From an uncultured Marinovum sp. (GTDB lineage Bacteria; Pseudomonadota; Alphaproteobacteria; Rhodobacterales; Rhodobacteraceae): a stretch of 64,000 nucleotides of DNA. The notes under the pieces were generated by a model, which worked only from the letters and a program-made list of their open reading frames with translations, did no database searches and was not told where the DNA came from. The position numbers and the translations under genes were made by a program. The stretch covers positions 302 through 64,301 of the forward strand of contig CAYMIR010000001.1 in assembly GCA_964390655.1 (NCBI GenBank). Reading direction: 5' to 3'. Below, in pieces: positions 29,423-39,950 of the stretch (positions are counted from its first letter, which is position 1; each line of letters opens with the position of its first letter).

Positions 29423-30105
29423 TGACTTATTCTGCGCTCAAATACGCTTCCCATAAACTTAAGAAGTTCAACTCCTTGTTGTGCAGTAAATTTTGCCCTT
29501 TCCTTGCTTGCTAAAGCCAGAATGCCAATGATTTTTTCATTTCCAATCCTTAATTTTATACAGCCTTCCGATTTTAAATTCTTAGAAACTTTGCCATACA
29601 ATTGTTCAGAGCCTTTTGGAGTGGGTCTTAATATAACGTCATCTGTGTTGTTATTTTCACCCTGCGAAATGTAAGTATCAACAAAGTTGACAGGATATAA
29701 ATCAAGAAGCTTTGATAGTTTTGAATCGTACTTTTCGTTATTTTGAAGTGAAGAATGAGTTTCCAAACCAATTTTAATGCAATCGACCCTCAAAATATTA
29801 CAAGCCTCAGTATCTAAGTTAGTGATAAATTCATCAAAATTATTTTGTTCTAGCGACTTCAATACGACTTGATGCACTTGTTTCATACCAACCAAATTTT
29901 CGTATGCTGTTGCAATGACTTGCTGGTTGGATCTTTTTAGTTTTTTTAATTCACCGTCCATTTTCTGCATAGCAACACTGCGAAGGTCGACTATTTTGCT
30001 TCCCAAGTTTTTGTCGCTAGCCTCTATGAGTGCTCTTAATAAGGTTTCGTCATTTAAAATTTCGTGGGCTTTCGCCAGGATTTCTTCACGAAGCTGATCG
30101 TCCAT
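29410..30105 (-). CDS. DUF484-family protein
   Basis: IVDLR, IATAYENL, GAF-like C-terminus (FTAQQGVELL). Overlaps the xerC start. Confidence 0.8.
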   Translation of the reverse strand: MDDQLREEILAKAHEILNDETLLRALIEASDKNLGSKIVDLRSVAMQKMDGELKKLKRSNQQVIATAYENLVGMKQVHQVVLKSLEQNNFDEFITNLDTEACNILRVDCIKIGLETHSSLQNNEKYDSKLSKLLDLYPVNFVDTYISQGENNNTDDVILRPTPKGSEQLYGKVSKNLKSEGCIKLRIGNEKIIGILALASKERAKFTAQQGVELLKFMGSVFERRISHWLN

Positions 30106-30145
30106 TATTTATCACTCATTTTTAATATTATTATCTGCGTAATAT

Positions 30146-30799
30146 TTAAATTATTTTTTGCCCTGCTTGTTTAATATCAGACAGAAAGGCAGCTAGTCCT
30201 TTATCGGTAAGAGGGTGCGAGACTAAAGATTTTATTACTGATGGTGGAGCCGTCATAACATCTGCGCCAATTAAAGCACTTTGAGTTACGTGGTTAACTG
30301 TTCGGATAGAGGCAGCAAGAATTTGAGTTTCATACCCGTAGTTGTCATAAATTAAGCGAATGTCCCCAATTAGGTCTAGTCCGTCTAAATTAATGTCATC
30401 AAGTCTTCCGATAAACGGAGATATGAAGGTTGCACCTGCTTTGGCGGCAAGCAGCGCTTGGTTGGGCGAAAAGCAAAGAGTTACATTTACCATATGACCC
30501 AGATCAGAAAGTGCTTTGCATGCTTTTAATCCGTCCCAAGTTAGTGGAACTTTAACAGCTATATTATCTGCTATCTGAGCCAATTTTATACCCTCGGCTA
30601 TCATTTGCTCAGATTCTATAGCGGTGACTTCTGCGCTTACAGGACCAGATACGATCTCACAAATTTCTCTTGTAACGTCTATTATTTCTCGTCCAGATTT
30701 TCGTATTAACGATGGGTTAGTTGTCACTCCGTCTACCATACCCAACTCGTTAAGTTCTCTAATTTCGTCAATTTCGGCAGTATCTACGAAAAATTTCAT
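30146..30799 (-). CDS. tal: Transaldolase/fructose-6-phosphate aldolase
   Basis: [34 protein letters not shown]. Start set at ATG 30799. Confidence 0.92.
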   Translation of the reverse strand: MKFFVDTAEIDEIRELNELGMVDGVTTNPSLIRKSGREIIDVTREICEIVSGPVSAEVTAIESEQMIAEGIKLAQIADNIAVKVPLTWDGLKACKALSDLGHMVNVTLCFSPNQALLAAKAGATFISPFIGRLDDINLDGLDLIGDIRLIYDNYGYETQILAASIRTVNHVTQSALIGADVMTAPPSVIKSLVSHPLTDKGLAAFLSDIKQAGQKII

Positions 30800-30919
30800 A
30801 ATTATCATCCTTTTGGGATTGGCCAATGTTAAGTGTCTTCGTTATATCAGTGATTAATGCAAGATTGTTTCCTATTAAAGTCTTTTGCTGCATAATCGTT
30901 AAATTAATTTGGGGTTAAT

Positions 30920-33118
30920 TTGAAAGCGCGGGAATTTTACAATGAAAATGAACGTATCGCTGTTGTAACGACGGAGCCATTTGCGCGTTTCTTAGATTAT
31001 TTGGCTCCAGAGGGCGGGTGTAAAATTGGCTCTTTTTTAATTTTACCATTGGGTAAAAGAAAAGTGATGGGTGTTGTTTGGGGCCCCGGCGACGGTCACT
31101 ATGACCTCTCAAAATTGCGCAATGCAATAAGTGTAATTGACGCTCCACCAATGTCCATCTCAATGAGAAAGTTTTTAGAGGCTGTTTCTGATTACACCAT
31201 TACACCCTTAAATCTTATCTTAAGACTATGCACACGTGTTCCGGACTTGAATAAGCCATCAGTTACTCAAAAGGTTTTCTCACTAGTTTCAAATCATTCC
31301 GATTTTAAGAAAACCCCTCAACGCAATCGCCTGATTTCGGCTTTATCAAAAACCAATAAGAATAAACTCACTAGCAAAGAGATAGTAAGTATTTCGGGAG
31401 TCAGTGCCGCCGTGATCGCAACTGCCGCTCGGAATGGTTTGCTAAGTGAAGAACTAATTCCGCGTGATAGGCCATATCCGCGACTCAATCCGGATTTCAA
31501 ACCAAAAAGATTAAACCCAAATCAGATTAGCGTATGCGAAAAAATAAAGAATATTCAAAAGCAAAATAGTTTTTCTGCAATTCTTTTACAAGGAGTGACA
31601 GGTTCGGGCAAAACGGAGGTTTATCTTGAAGCAGTGGCTGATGCTTTAAGAAAGGGAGAGCAAATTTTGGTTCTTTTACCTGAGATAGCTCTCACTTCAG
31701 AGTTTTTTGACCGAGTTAAAAAAAGATTTGGTGAAAATCCTGCGGAATGGCATTCGGGAGTGACGCTCGCTGAGCGTCGACGGGTTTGGAAAATGGTTGC
31801 AAGTGGAGGTGCCAAATTAGTTATTGGTGCTCGCTCGGCTTTATTTTTGCCCTTTATAAATTTGGGTTTAGTTATTGTAGATGAAGAGCACGACCAGTCA
31901 TATAAACAAGAGGATGGCGTAATTTATAATGCTCGAGACATGGCCGTCTTGAGAGCTTCAATTGAAATGGCCACGGTGATCCTTGCTTCGGCAACTCCAA
32001 GTCTCGAAAGTTGGGTTAATGCAAAAAATGGTAAGTATAATCATGTTCAGATCCATGAACGATATGGCGAGGCGACCCTACCAAATTTATCCGCAATAGA
32101 TTTACGCAAAGAAAATCTGAAGTCTGATGAGTGGATTTCTAATAGACTGGAAAAGTCTACTACTGAGTGCCTACAAAGCGGCGACCAAACTCTTTTGTTT
32201 TTGAATAGAAGAGGTTATTCTCCAACAACTGTCTGCAGGGTATGTGGCAACCAAATATCTTGTGATCAATGTGACGCAAGAATGGTTGAACATAGGTTTA
32301 TCAACCGGCTTATGTGTCATCAATGTGGCCATACCAAACCTATGCCTAATAAGTGTCCTTCATGTGGAATAATAGGAAAATTAGCAGTTGTTGGTCCCGG
32401 CGTAGAAAGGCTAGCCGAAGAGGCTCAAATAAAATTCCCTAAAGCTAAAATATCAGTTTTGTCTTCTGATTTACACGGGTCAGCAAAATCGCTAAAAGAT
32501 GAAATTCAAAAAATTTCTGAAGGGAATACTGACATAATTATTGGCACTCAGCTGGTTGCTAAAGGGCACAATTTCCCAAAATTGAGATTGGTTGGTGTGA
32601 TTGATATCGATATTGGTCTTCATGGATCAGATTTGAGAGCAGCAGAGCGGACCTACCAATTGGTTAGGCAAGTTTCCGGAAGAGCTGGGCGAACAGATAA
32701 TAAAGGAAGAGCTTTAATTCAAACCTATCAGCCTGAACATCCTGTTGTCGAAGCAATTCTAAAAGGGAATGACGATGATTTTTGGATTTCTGAAGCTAAA
32801 CAGCGCGAGTTAGCTTGTATGCCACCATTTGGAAAATTGGTGGGAATAATTATTTCATCAAGTGACTTTGAAAGGGCCATGTCTGCAGCCAACCAGCTTA
32901 AAAATAATACTCAGGCTTTAGATATAATTAGAGCAAGAGCCTATGGTCCTGCTCCAGCACCAATTGCAAGGATAAAAAGGCGCCACCGAATACGTTTTTT
33001 AGTCAAATCACCTAGAACTCCAGGGCTCCAAGATGCAGTTCGAAAGTGGGTTACTAGCGTTTCGCTTAAAGGTGATTTGAGATTATCCATCGACATTGAT
33101 CCTCAAAGCTTTTATTAA
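30920..33118 (+). CDS. priA: Primosomal protein N'
   Basis: GVTGSGKTEVY, DEEH, SATPS, four CxxC pairs, QVSGRAGR. Confidence 0.97.
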   Translation: MKAREFYNENERIAVVTTEPFARFLDYLAPEGGCKIGSFLILPLGKRKVMGVVWGPGDGHYDLSKLRNAISVIDAPPMSISMRKFLEAVSDYTITPLNLILRLCTRVPDLNKPSVTQKVFSLVSNHSDFKKTPQRNRLISALSKTNKNKLTSKEIVSISGVSAAVIATAARNGLLSEELIPRDRPYPRLNPDFKPKRLNPNQISVCEKIKNIQKQNSFSAILLQGVTGSGKTEVYLEAVADALRKGEQILVLLPEIALTSEFFDRVKKRFGENPAEWHSGVTLAERRRVWKMVASGGAKLVIGARSALFLPFINLGLVIVDEEHDQSYKQEDGVIYNARDMAVLRASIEMATVILASATPSLESWVNAKNGKYNHVQIHERYGEATLPNLSAIDLRKENLKSDEWISNRLEKSTTECLQSGDQTLLFLNRRGYSPTTVCRVCGNQISCDQCDARMVEHRFINRLMCHQCGHTKPMPNKCPSCGIIGKLAVVGPGVERLAEEAQIKFPKAKISVLSSDLHGSAKSLKDEIQKISEGNTDIIIGTQLVAKGHNFPKLRLVGVIDIDIGLHGSDLRAAERTYQLVRQVSGRAGRTDNKGRALIQTYQPEHPVVEAILKGNDDDFWISEAKQRELACMPPFGKLVGIIISSSDFERAMSAANQLKNNTQALDIIRARAYGPAPAPIARIKRRHRIRFLVKSPRTPGLQDAVRKWVTSVSLKGDLRLSIDIDPQSFY

Positions 33119-33160
33119 CTCATTTCAAAGTTAAAATCTCCCTTATAATAGGTTTTGTTT

Positions 33161-34387
33161 ATGGCTCGTTCGGTTTCTATCTTTGATGTGAGCGGATTAC
33201 CTTTTTGGCGTAGGCCTATTTTTCTCTTGTTTATTATGGCTGCAGCAATGCCAATCGCGTTTAACGTTTGGTCTGCGTTGCTAAACAACTTCGTTGTCCA
33301 GGTTGCTGATTTTGACGGTTCCGACATTGGCTTGTTACATACGGTAAGAGAAGTTCCCGGTTTTTTAGCTGTAGGTATCATTTTGCTGCTTTTGGTCATC
33401 AGGGAACAGACGCTTGGGCTAATTTTTCTTGCTATACTCGGTTTCGCAACTGCCATCACAGCTTATTTTCCGTCTATGGCTGGTCTACTTGTTATTACTC
33501 TTATCAGTTCCTTTGGTTTTCATTACTTTGAAACCGTCAATCAATCATTACAATTACAGTGGCTTCCAAAGGAAAAAGCTCCCAAAATTATAGGTTGGTT
33601 AGTCGGGGCGGGCTCATTAGCAACACTTTTTGCTTATCTTGGAATAATCGTTGGCTGGCAAAAATTTGGGCTTTCATTCAATTTTTTGTATTTATCGTCA
33701 GGTGGTTTAACCGCTTTAATAGCATTATTTTGCTTGTTCTTTTTCCCAAACTTTAAAACGGAAACAAAGCAAATAACGAAATTAGTAATGCGTCGTCGCT
33801 ATTGGTTATACTATGCTTTGCAATTTTTATCAGGCGCGCGCAGACAAATATTTGTAGTTTTTGCAGGTTTTATGATGGTTGAAAAATTTGGTTTTCAAGT
33901 TCATCAACTGACAGCGCTCTTCCTGATTAATTTGATAATCAATATTTTTGTAGCACCGATTTTTGGCTATTTTATAGCTCACTTTGGGGAGCGACGCGCC
34001 TTACTAATCGAGTATTCTGGTTTAATCTGCGTTTTTATGGCCTATGGAGGAATTTATTTATTTGATTGGGGGGTTACTTTAGCAGCTGTATTGTTTGTGC
34101 TTGACCACCTATTTTTTGGATTGAGAATGGCTCTTAAGACATACTTTCAAAAAATATCCTCTCCTGAAGATATAGCTCCTACTGCAGCTGTTGCATTTAC
34201 GATAAATCATATTGCTGCTGTATTTCTTCCGGTTTTGTTAGGACTATTATGGCTCGTTTCGCCAGCAATCGTATTTATGGCTGCTGCCTTTTTAGCTTTT
34301 TTATCATTTTTATTGGCTTTATTGGTTCCTAGGTTTCCTATTATTGGGAATGAAACTTTGATGATGTCTGAAACTTATTCTAAATAA
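33161..34387 (+). CDS. MFS transporter
   Basis: About 12 hydrophobic segments, REVPGFL, FGERRAL. ATG at 33161. Confidence 0.82.
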   Translation: MARSVSIFDVSGLPFWRRPIFLLFIMAAAMPIAFNVWSALLNNFVVQVADFDGSDIGLLHTVREVPGFLAVGIILLLLVIREQTLGLIFLAILGFATAITAYFPSMAGLLVITLISSFGFHYFETVNQSLQLQWLPKEKAPKIIGWLVGAGSLATLFAYLGIIVGWQKFGLSFNFLYLSSGGLTALIALFCLFFFPNFKTETKQITKLVMRRRYWLYYALQFLSGARRQIFVVFAGFMMVEKFGFQVHQLTALFLINLIINIFVAPIFGYFIAHFGERRALLIEYSGLICVFMAYGGIYLFDWGVTLAAVLFVLDHLFFGLRMALKTYFQKISSPEDIAPTAAVAFTINHIAAVFLPVLLGLLWLVSPAIVFMAAAFLAFLSFLLALLVPRFPIIGNETLMMSETYSK

Positions 34388-34403
34388 AAAAAGAGATTAA
34401 AAA

Positions 34404-35276
34404 TTGTTAACCTATTCAGCCATTACAAAAGTTAAAGATAAAGATCGAGCTAAGAGATTAGGTGTTGCTCTAGAAAAACTTAATCCACCTCCCATGGGTG
34501 TAGGGGTGTTTGAGTTGGAAGATGGTTCTGGTGAATGGGAAGTAGGTGCTTATTTTCACGATAGACCAGACGAAATATCAATTTTAATATTGGAAAACGC
34601 TTTTAAAGCAGATGGATTTGCTATCTCGGAAATACCAGAAACAGATTGGGTTACAAAGGTAAAAAGAGAATTGAGCCCTGTTGAAGCTGGACAGTTTTTT
34701 GTTTTTGGTAGACACGATTCTCATAAACTGCCAAAGGATCGTGTTGGATTACTCATCGAAGCTTCAATGGCCTTTGGCACTGGGCATCATGGAACGACAA
34801 AAGGCTGTCTTTTAGCGTTAGATAAGTTAGTTGCGAGTGGCAAAAAGATAAATGAAGTTATTGACATAGGCTGTGGCACGGCAGTGCTTGCTATGGCGGT
34901 TGGAAAGGTTTCTTCTTCTAGGATTATCGCGAGCGATGTCGATCAAGTCGCAGTAGAAGTTGCATTAGCAAATTTGAAGGCTAACAATTTGGAAAACCGT
35001 ATTGCTTGTCTTCAAGCAACAGGTTTCGAGGATACGCAAATCAAGTCCAATGCACCTTTCGATCTAATATTTGCTAATATTTTAAAACCACCTTTAATTG
35101 ATTTAGCTCCTTGCATTCGGAGATATTTAAAAAGTAGTGGACATGCCATTATTTCTGGAATTTTAGACGTACAAGCGAGAGAAATTATTAAAGTTTATCG
35201 TCAAAACAAACTGGAATTACTAGATCGCATTGATATTGATGAATGGGTAACCCTAACTTTAAGTTCATCCAAATAA
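34404..35276 (+). CDS. prmA: Ribosomal protein L11 methyltransferase
   Basis: AFGTGHHGTT, DIGCGTAVL, ANIL, ISGIL. Confidence 0.94.
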   Translation: MLTYSAITKVKDKDRAKRLGVALEKLNPPPMGVGVFELEDGSGEWEVGAYFHDRPDEISILILENAFKADGFAISEIPETDWVTKVKRELSPVEAGQFFVFGRHDSHKLPKDRVGLLIEASMAFGTGHHGTTKGCLLALDKLVASGKKINEVIDIGCGTAVLAMAVGKVSSSRIIASDVDQVAVEVALANLKANNLENRIACLQATGFEDTQIKSNAPFDLIFANILKPPLIDLAPCIRRYLKSSGHAIISGILDVQAREIIKVYRQNKLELLDRIDIDEWVTLTLSSSK

Positions 35277-35386
35277 AACTTTTATAATGGATTGTTTAGA
35301 TGAAAATAGCTCGATATTAAAATTATAACAAAGTTTTGCACTTAATCCTGATTAATGACATTAGAATAATAAAGGCATTGGATTTT

Positions 35387-35401
35387 GTTCACGTTTCGTG
35401 C
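35387..35401 (+). promoter_or_regulatory. Alphaproteobacterial LexA (SOS) box GTTC-N7-GTGC
   Basis: One mismatch to GTTC-N7-GTTC, 33 nt upstream of ruvC, followed directly by TACTCT. Confidence 0.6.
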
Positions 35402-35434
35402 TACTCTGCATTTAAATAAAAAGGGCAGTGATAA

Positions 35435-35935
35435 ATGCGAGTTTTAGGGATAGACCCAGGCCTAAGAAATATGGGTTGGGGAATAATCGATGTAAAAGGA
35501 AATAAGCTAAGTCACATTGCAAATGGTGTTTGCAAATCCAACGGTCAAGACTTAGCTACGCGGCTTTTTTGTTTATTTGAACAGATGGAAGAAGTACTTA
35601 AAACTTGGCATCCGACGCAAGCTGCGGTGGAAAATACATTTATTAACAAAGATGGTGTCAACTCACTTAAACTTGCCCAAGCAAGAGCGATAGCTTTGTT
35701 GGCGCCAAAGAAATTTGGTCTTACTGTGTCAGAATATGCTCCTAATAAAATAAAGAAGACTGTGGTAGGTGTTGGGCATGCAGACAAACAACAAGTAGTG
35801 CACATGATACAGCTTCAACTTCCTGGTGTGCAATTAAATGGACCAGATGCAGCAGATGCTCTGGCGATTGCCATTTGTCATTCCTTTCATGCAGTATCAA
35901 ACAGTCGTTTTCAACAAGCTTTAGAGAAGGTTTGA
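35435..35935 (+). CDS. ruvC: Holliday junction resolvase
   Basis: [21 protein letters not shown]. Confidence 0.96.
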   Translation: MRVLGIDPGLRNMGWGIIDVKGNKLSHIANGVCKSNGQDLATRLFCLFEQMEEVLKTWHPTQAAVENTFINKDGVNSLKLAQARAIALLAPKKFGLTVSEYAPNKIKKTVVGVGHADKQQVVHMIQLQLPGVQLNGPDAADALAIAICHSFHAVSNSRFQQALEKV

Positions 35936-35937
35936 TT

Positions 35938-36609
35938 ATGATTGGGAGATTGCGGGGTAGAGTAGACTATAAGGCTCAAGATCATTTTTTATTGGATGTT
36001 AACGGTGTTGGATATTTAGTCTTTTGCTCAGAGCGTACTCTTGCTGAAATATCGACTGATGAAGAATTCACAACAATTTATACAGACTTGCTTGTCCGCG
36101 AAGATCTTATGCAATTATTCGGGTTTGTATCACAAATTGAGAAAGAATGGTATAGACTGTTAATGTCTGTGCAGGGAGTAGGTGCTAAAGCTTCTTTGGC
36201 CATATTAAGTGCTTTGGGAGAAGATGGTGTCAGCCGAGCCATTGCATTAGGTGACTGGACTTCAATTAAGTCTGCCAAGGGTATAGGACCGAAGACTGCT
36301 CAACGGGTAGTAAATGAATTAAAAGATAAAGTAGCCCATATTATGTCAATTATCCCTAGTGAGGTTGGTGAAAGAAGAAACACGCTAAATCAGGAAGATG
36401 TTGTTGAACTGATCGACGAGCATAAAACTATAAATTTAGCTATATCGAATAAAACTTCGCAAGCTGATGCTTTATCCGCATTGCAAAATCTAGGTTACAC
36501 TCCAAGTGATTCCGCCGCTACCGTAGCTAAAATTCTAAATGAAAATCCTAATTTAAGCACTGAAGAATTAATTCGAAATTCACTTAAAATGCTGAGTCCA
36601 AAGGGATAA
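35938..36609 (+). CDS. ruvA: Holliday junction branch migration protein RuvA
   Basis: [29 protein letters not shown]. Start corrected to ATG 35938. Confidence 0.95.
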   Translation: MIGRLRGRVDYKAQDHFLLDVNGVGYLVFCSERTLAEISTDEEFTTIYTDLLVREDLMQLFGFVSQIEKEWYRLLMSVQGVGAKASLAILSALGEDGVSRAIALGDWTSIKSAKGIGPKTAQRVVNELKDKVAHIMSIIPSEVGERRNTLNQEDVVELIDEHKTINLAISNKTSQADALSALQNLGYTPSDSAATVAKILNENPNLSTEELIRNSLKMLSPKG

Positions 36610-36611
36610 CA

Positions 36612-37631
36612 ATGAGCGAAATAAACCCTTTACTTCGAGAGGAGCCAATACAAGAGGATAGTGATAGAGCTCTTCGGCCAAAATCTTTGGATGAATTTAT
36701 AGGGCAGGCCGAAGCTCGATCTAACCTTCGAGTGTTTATTGAGAGTGCAAGACAGCGAAAAGATGCCATGGATCACACCTTATTTTTTGGACCGCCAGGC
36801 TTAGGTAAAACTACCCTTGCTCAGATAATTAGCAGAGAGCTTGGAGTGAATTTTAAAACGAGCTCTGGCCCAGTTTTAGCAAAGGCAGGTGATCTTGCAG
36901 CTATTTTAACCAATTTAGAAGCTAACGATGTATTATTTATTGATGAAATTCACAGACTGAATCCGGTTGTGGAGGAGATTTTATATCCAGCTTTAGAGGA
37001 TTTTGAGTTGGATCTCGTAATTGGAGAGGGTCCAGCAGCGAGAACAGTGCGAATTGAACTCCAGCCATTCACGCTGGTTGGGGCAACAACTAGATTGGGG
37101 CTTCTTACTACGCCACTACGTGATAGGTTTGGGATTCCCATAAGGTTGCAGTATTATTCTGATGAAGAACTTTATGAGATTGTAAAACTTAATACAAAAA
37201 AACTTGGGATTGTGACAGATGAAAGTGGTGCGAGAGAAATTGCTCGACGAGCTAGAGGAACGCCAAGAATAGCTGGTCGTCTTTTAAGACGGGTAGTTGA
37301 TTTTGTTTTGGTCGAGGGTGATGGTATTCTTAATAAAAAAATAGCTGACCATGCCTTGACCCGTCTTGGCGTGGATAAGTTAGGCCTTGATGGCGCAGAC
37401 CGTAAGTACCTTCGATTAATTGCGGAACAGTATTCGGGAGGGCCTGTTGGAATCGAAACAATATGCGCAGCGATTTCTGAAAGCAGGGATGCTTTGGAAG
37501 AAGTTATTGAACCTTACCTTTTGCAAATGGGATTAATCCAGCGAACACCTCGTGGCCGCATGCTAGCAAAAAACGGTTGGAGGCACCTTGGGATGCGACC
37601 ACCTAAGTCGCAGGTGGATATGTTTGAGTAA
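36612..37631 (+). CDS. ruvB: Holliday junction helicase RuvB
   Basis: [30 protein letters not shown]. Confidence 0.98.
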   Translation: MSEINPLLREEPIQEDSDRALRPKSLDEFIGQAEARSNLRVFIESARQRKDAMDHTLFFGPPGLGKTTLAQIISRELGVNFKTSSGPVLAKAGDLAAILTNLEANDVLFIDEIHRLNPVVEEILYPALEDFELDLVIGEGPAARTVRIELQPFTLVGATTRLGLLTTPLRDRFGIPIRLQYYSDEELYEIVKLNTKKLGIVTDESGAREIARRARGTPRIAGRLLRRVVDFVLVEGDGILNKKIADHALTRLGVDKLGLDGADRKYLRLIAEQYSGGPVGIETICAAISESRDALEEVIEPYLLQMGLIQRTPRGRMLAKNGWRHLGMRPPKSQVDMFE

Positions 37632-37660
37632 ACTTAAATAAAGTATCACTGGTTAAAATT

Positions 37661-38296
37661 TTGAAAAAGAAAGATTCAATAGAGGCATATTTCACTCGAT
37701 CGGATGGACAATATATTTTTGCAAGATGGGGAAGGCCTATTGCTCCGGTTGTCTTTGGTGTTCAGGATGAAACGCTTGTCACGTTAAAAGCGGCCATCCA
37801 ATCAATGGTCTTTTTGGCTAATCATAAATTAGTAGAAACTGATCCTGAGTTGGGATCAAATGCAATGTTTTTTTTCTTTTTGTCTTGGGATGAGCTACTT
37901 GAAGTTAACGATTTAGATCGAATAATACCGGATCTTGGTAATTTAGTCGAACGGTTAAAATCTATTCAAGCAAATCAGTATAGGTTTTTTAGGTTTGATG
38001 CCGATGGAGGAATAAAAGCGGTATTCACTTTTATTTGTATGGATGAAAACTTAACCTCAGTATCTGCTGAAGTTTTATGTTTAAACCAAGTTGTTCAGAT
38101 GTTTTTACTTTGGTCTGATGATGCGTTCAAAAACAATTCGCCAACTTTGATCACAAAAAAAGGTGGGGCTATACTTAATCCAATAATTGGTGACATTGTA
38201 AGAGCAGTTTACGACCCGACAATGCCATTAGTCGCAAACGATAAAAGCCATGCCTTGAGAGCGCAGGCTAGGATAGATTTGTTAAGGAAAAATTAG
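37661..38296 (+). CDS. Conserved hypothetical protein
   Basis: 211-aa ORF tightly packed between ruvB and ybgC (FTRSDGQYIFARWGRP). No recognisable motif. Confidence 0.75.
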   Translation: MKKKDSIEAYFTRSDGQYIFARWGRPIAPVVFGVQDETLVTLKAAIQSMVFLANHKLVETDPELGSNAMFFFFLSWDELLEVNDLDRIIPDLGNLVERLKSIQANQYRFFRFDADGGIKAVFTFICMDENLTSVSAEVLCLNQVVQMFLLWSDDAFKNNSPTLITKKGGAILNPIIGDIVRAVYDPTMPLVANDKSHALRAQARIDLLRKN

Positions 38297-38298
38297 GT

Positions 38299-38691
38299 AT
38301 GAAACATCACTCAATGGATATCCGAGTTTATTATGAGGATACTGACTTAGGAGGCGTTGTATATTATGCCAATTACCTACGTTTTATAGAAAGAGCCCGA
38401 AGCGAATGGATTCGTGACCTGGGTATTGATCAAATCAAAATGAGGAATGAGGAACAAACCATTTTTGTAGTTACAAAACTAAAAGCAGATTATCTCTTAC
38501 CTGCCCATTTTGATGACATGCTTACGGTCGATACAGAGGTAAAAGTTGTTTCCCCGGTCAGAGCATACTTCTACCAAAATATTTTTCGCGAAGATGAAGT
38601 AATATTTAAGGCAGAAGTATGTGTAGCATGCACTTCGAATTCTGGTAAAGTTCAACGATTGCCAGAAAAGATTAAAATATTGATGACATAA
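38299..38691 (+). CDS. ybgC: Tol-Pal-associated acyl-CoA thioesterase
   Basis: RVYYEDTDLGGVVYYANYLRFIERARSE. Confidence 0.94.
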   Translation: MKHHSMDIRVYYEDTDLGGVVYYANYLRFIERARSEWIRDLGIDQIKMRNEEQTIFVVTKLKADYLLPAHFDDMLTVDTEVKVVSPVRAYFYQNIFREDEVIFKAEVCVACTSNSGKVQRLPEKIKILMT

Positions 38692-38757
38692 AACTATACT
38701 AGATCCCTTTTCTCATGTTAACACGATACCGGTTTTATATTTGCGAGACATTAAACC

Positions 38758-39468
38758 ATGATAGCAGAAGCATTAATATTAAAAGCTATAGCAGCGACGC
38801 CAGAAATTGATTTTTCTTTCTGGGCTCTTTTTGCTCGAGCGACAATTACAGTTAAAATTGTAATATTATTGCTGATTGGAGCATCTTTTTGGGCATGGTC
38901 TATTATTTTTCAAAGACATTTAGTTTTTAGTTCAGCAAGAAGAGATGCAGCAAGATTTGACCGAGCTTTTTGGTCTGGTGAGCCTTTGGATGAACTATAT
39001 CAACAACTTGGACAAAACCCGCGCGGTCGCGCGGCTAAAATCTTTGTAGCGGGTATGAAGGAATGGGAGCAGTCACAGCGTGCAGATGGTGGTCTAATAG
39101 CGGGCATTCAATCACGCGTTGACAGGTCAATGGATGTAGCTGTCTCCAGAGAAGCTGAAAAATTGCAGTCGGGATTGACTGTATTAGCAACTGTTGGTTC
39201 TACGGCGCCATTTGTAGGCTTATTTGGAACAGTCTGGGGCATAATGAATGCTTTTATTGAAATCGCTCAGCAGCAAAATACAAATTTAGCTGTAGTTGCC
39301 CCTGGTATTGCAGAGGCTTTGCTTGCTACGGGTCTTGGACTGCTAGCCGCTATTCCAGCAGTCGTTTTTTACAATAAGCTCAATGCCGACTGTGATAGGC
39401 TAGTGGCCGGTTACGAAAGTTTTGCTGATGAGTTTTCAACAATATTGAGCCGGCAATTGGATAGTTAA
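38758..39468 (+). CDS. tolQ: TolQ
   Basis: APFVGLFGTVWGIM, VAPGIAEALLAT. Confidence 0.95.
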   Translation: MIAEALILKAIAATPEIDFSFWALFARATITVKIVILLLIGASFWAWSIIFQRHLVFSSARRDAARFDRAFWSGEPLDELYQQLGQNPRGRAAKIFVAGMKEWEQSQRADGGLIAGIQSRVDRSMDVAVSREAEKLQSGLTVLATVGSTAPFVGLFGTVWGIMNAFIEIAQQQNTNLAVVAPGIAEALLATGLGLLAAIPAVVFYNKLNADCDRLVAGYESFADEFSTILSRQLDS

Positions 39469-39469
39469 T

Positions 39470-39943
39470 ATGGGTGCCTCTGCCAATTTGAAAAACTTTA
39501 AACAGTCGAGACGACGGCATAGTCGAAGATCAATTCCTATGTCTGAGATAAATGTGACACCTTTTGTTGACGTAATGTTAGTTCTTCTAATTATTTTTAT
39601 GGTAGCAGCTCCTATGTTGACCGTTGGTGTCGATGTTGAATTGCCCAAAAGTGCCGCTAATGCATTAGAGTCAGAAAATGAAGAACCCCTAACTATTACA
39701 ATTACAAAAGAAGGAAAAATTGTTTTGCAAACTAGCACTATTCCAAGAGAAGAATTAGTTACTCGTCTCCAAGGTGTTGCTGCTGAACGTTCAAGTAATC
39801 GAATTTTTTTGCGTGCTGATGGAGCCATTCCATATGAAATCGTTATGCAGATTATGGGTGCTCTCAATGCCGGCGGTTTTCAGGATATAGGGTTAGTCAC
39901 GGACATTGGAGGCCCGGCCTTAAACGAAGTTTCTAACGATTGA
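39470..39943 (+). CDS. tolR: TolR
   Basis: EINVTPFVDVMLVLLIIFMV, LRAD. Confidence 0.94.
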   Translation: MGASANLKNFKQSRRRHSRRSIPMSEINVTPFVDVMLVLLIIFMVAAPMLTVGVDVELPKSAANALESENEEPLTITITKEGKIVLQTSTIPREELVTRLQGVAAERSSNRIFLRADGAIPYEIVMQIMGALNAGGFQDIGLVTDIGGPALNEVSND

Positions 39944-39950
39944 AGCGAGT

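Noticed and set aside
30904-30918. CtrA-like TTAA-N7-TTAA before priA
   Set aside because: Lacks the terminal C, and several such matches are expected by chance in AT-rich DNA; unsupported without conservation data
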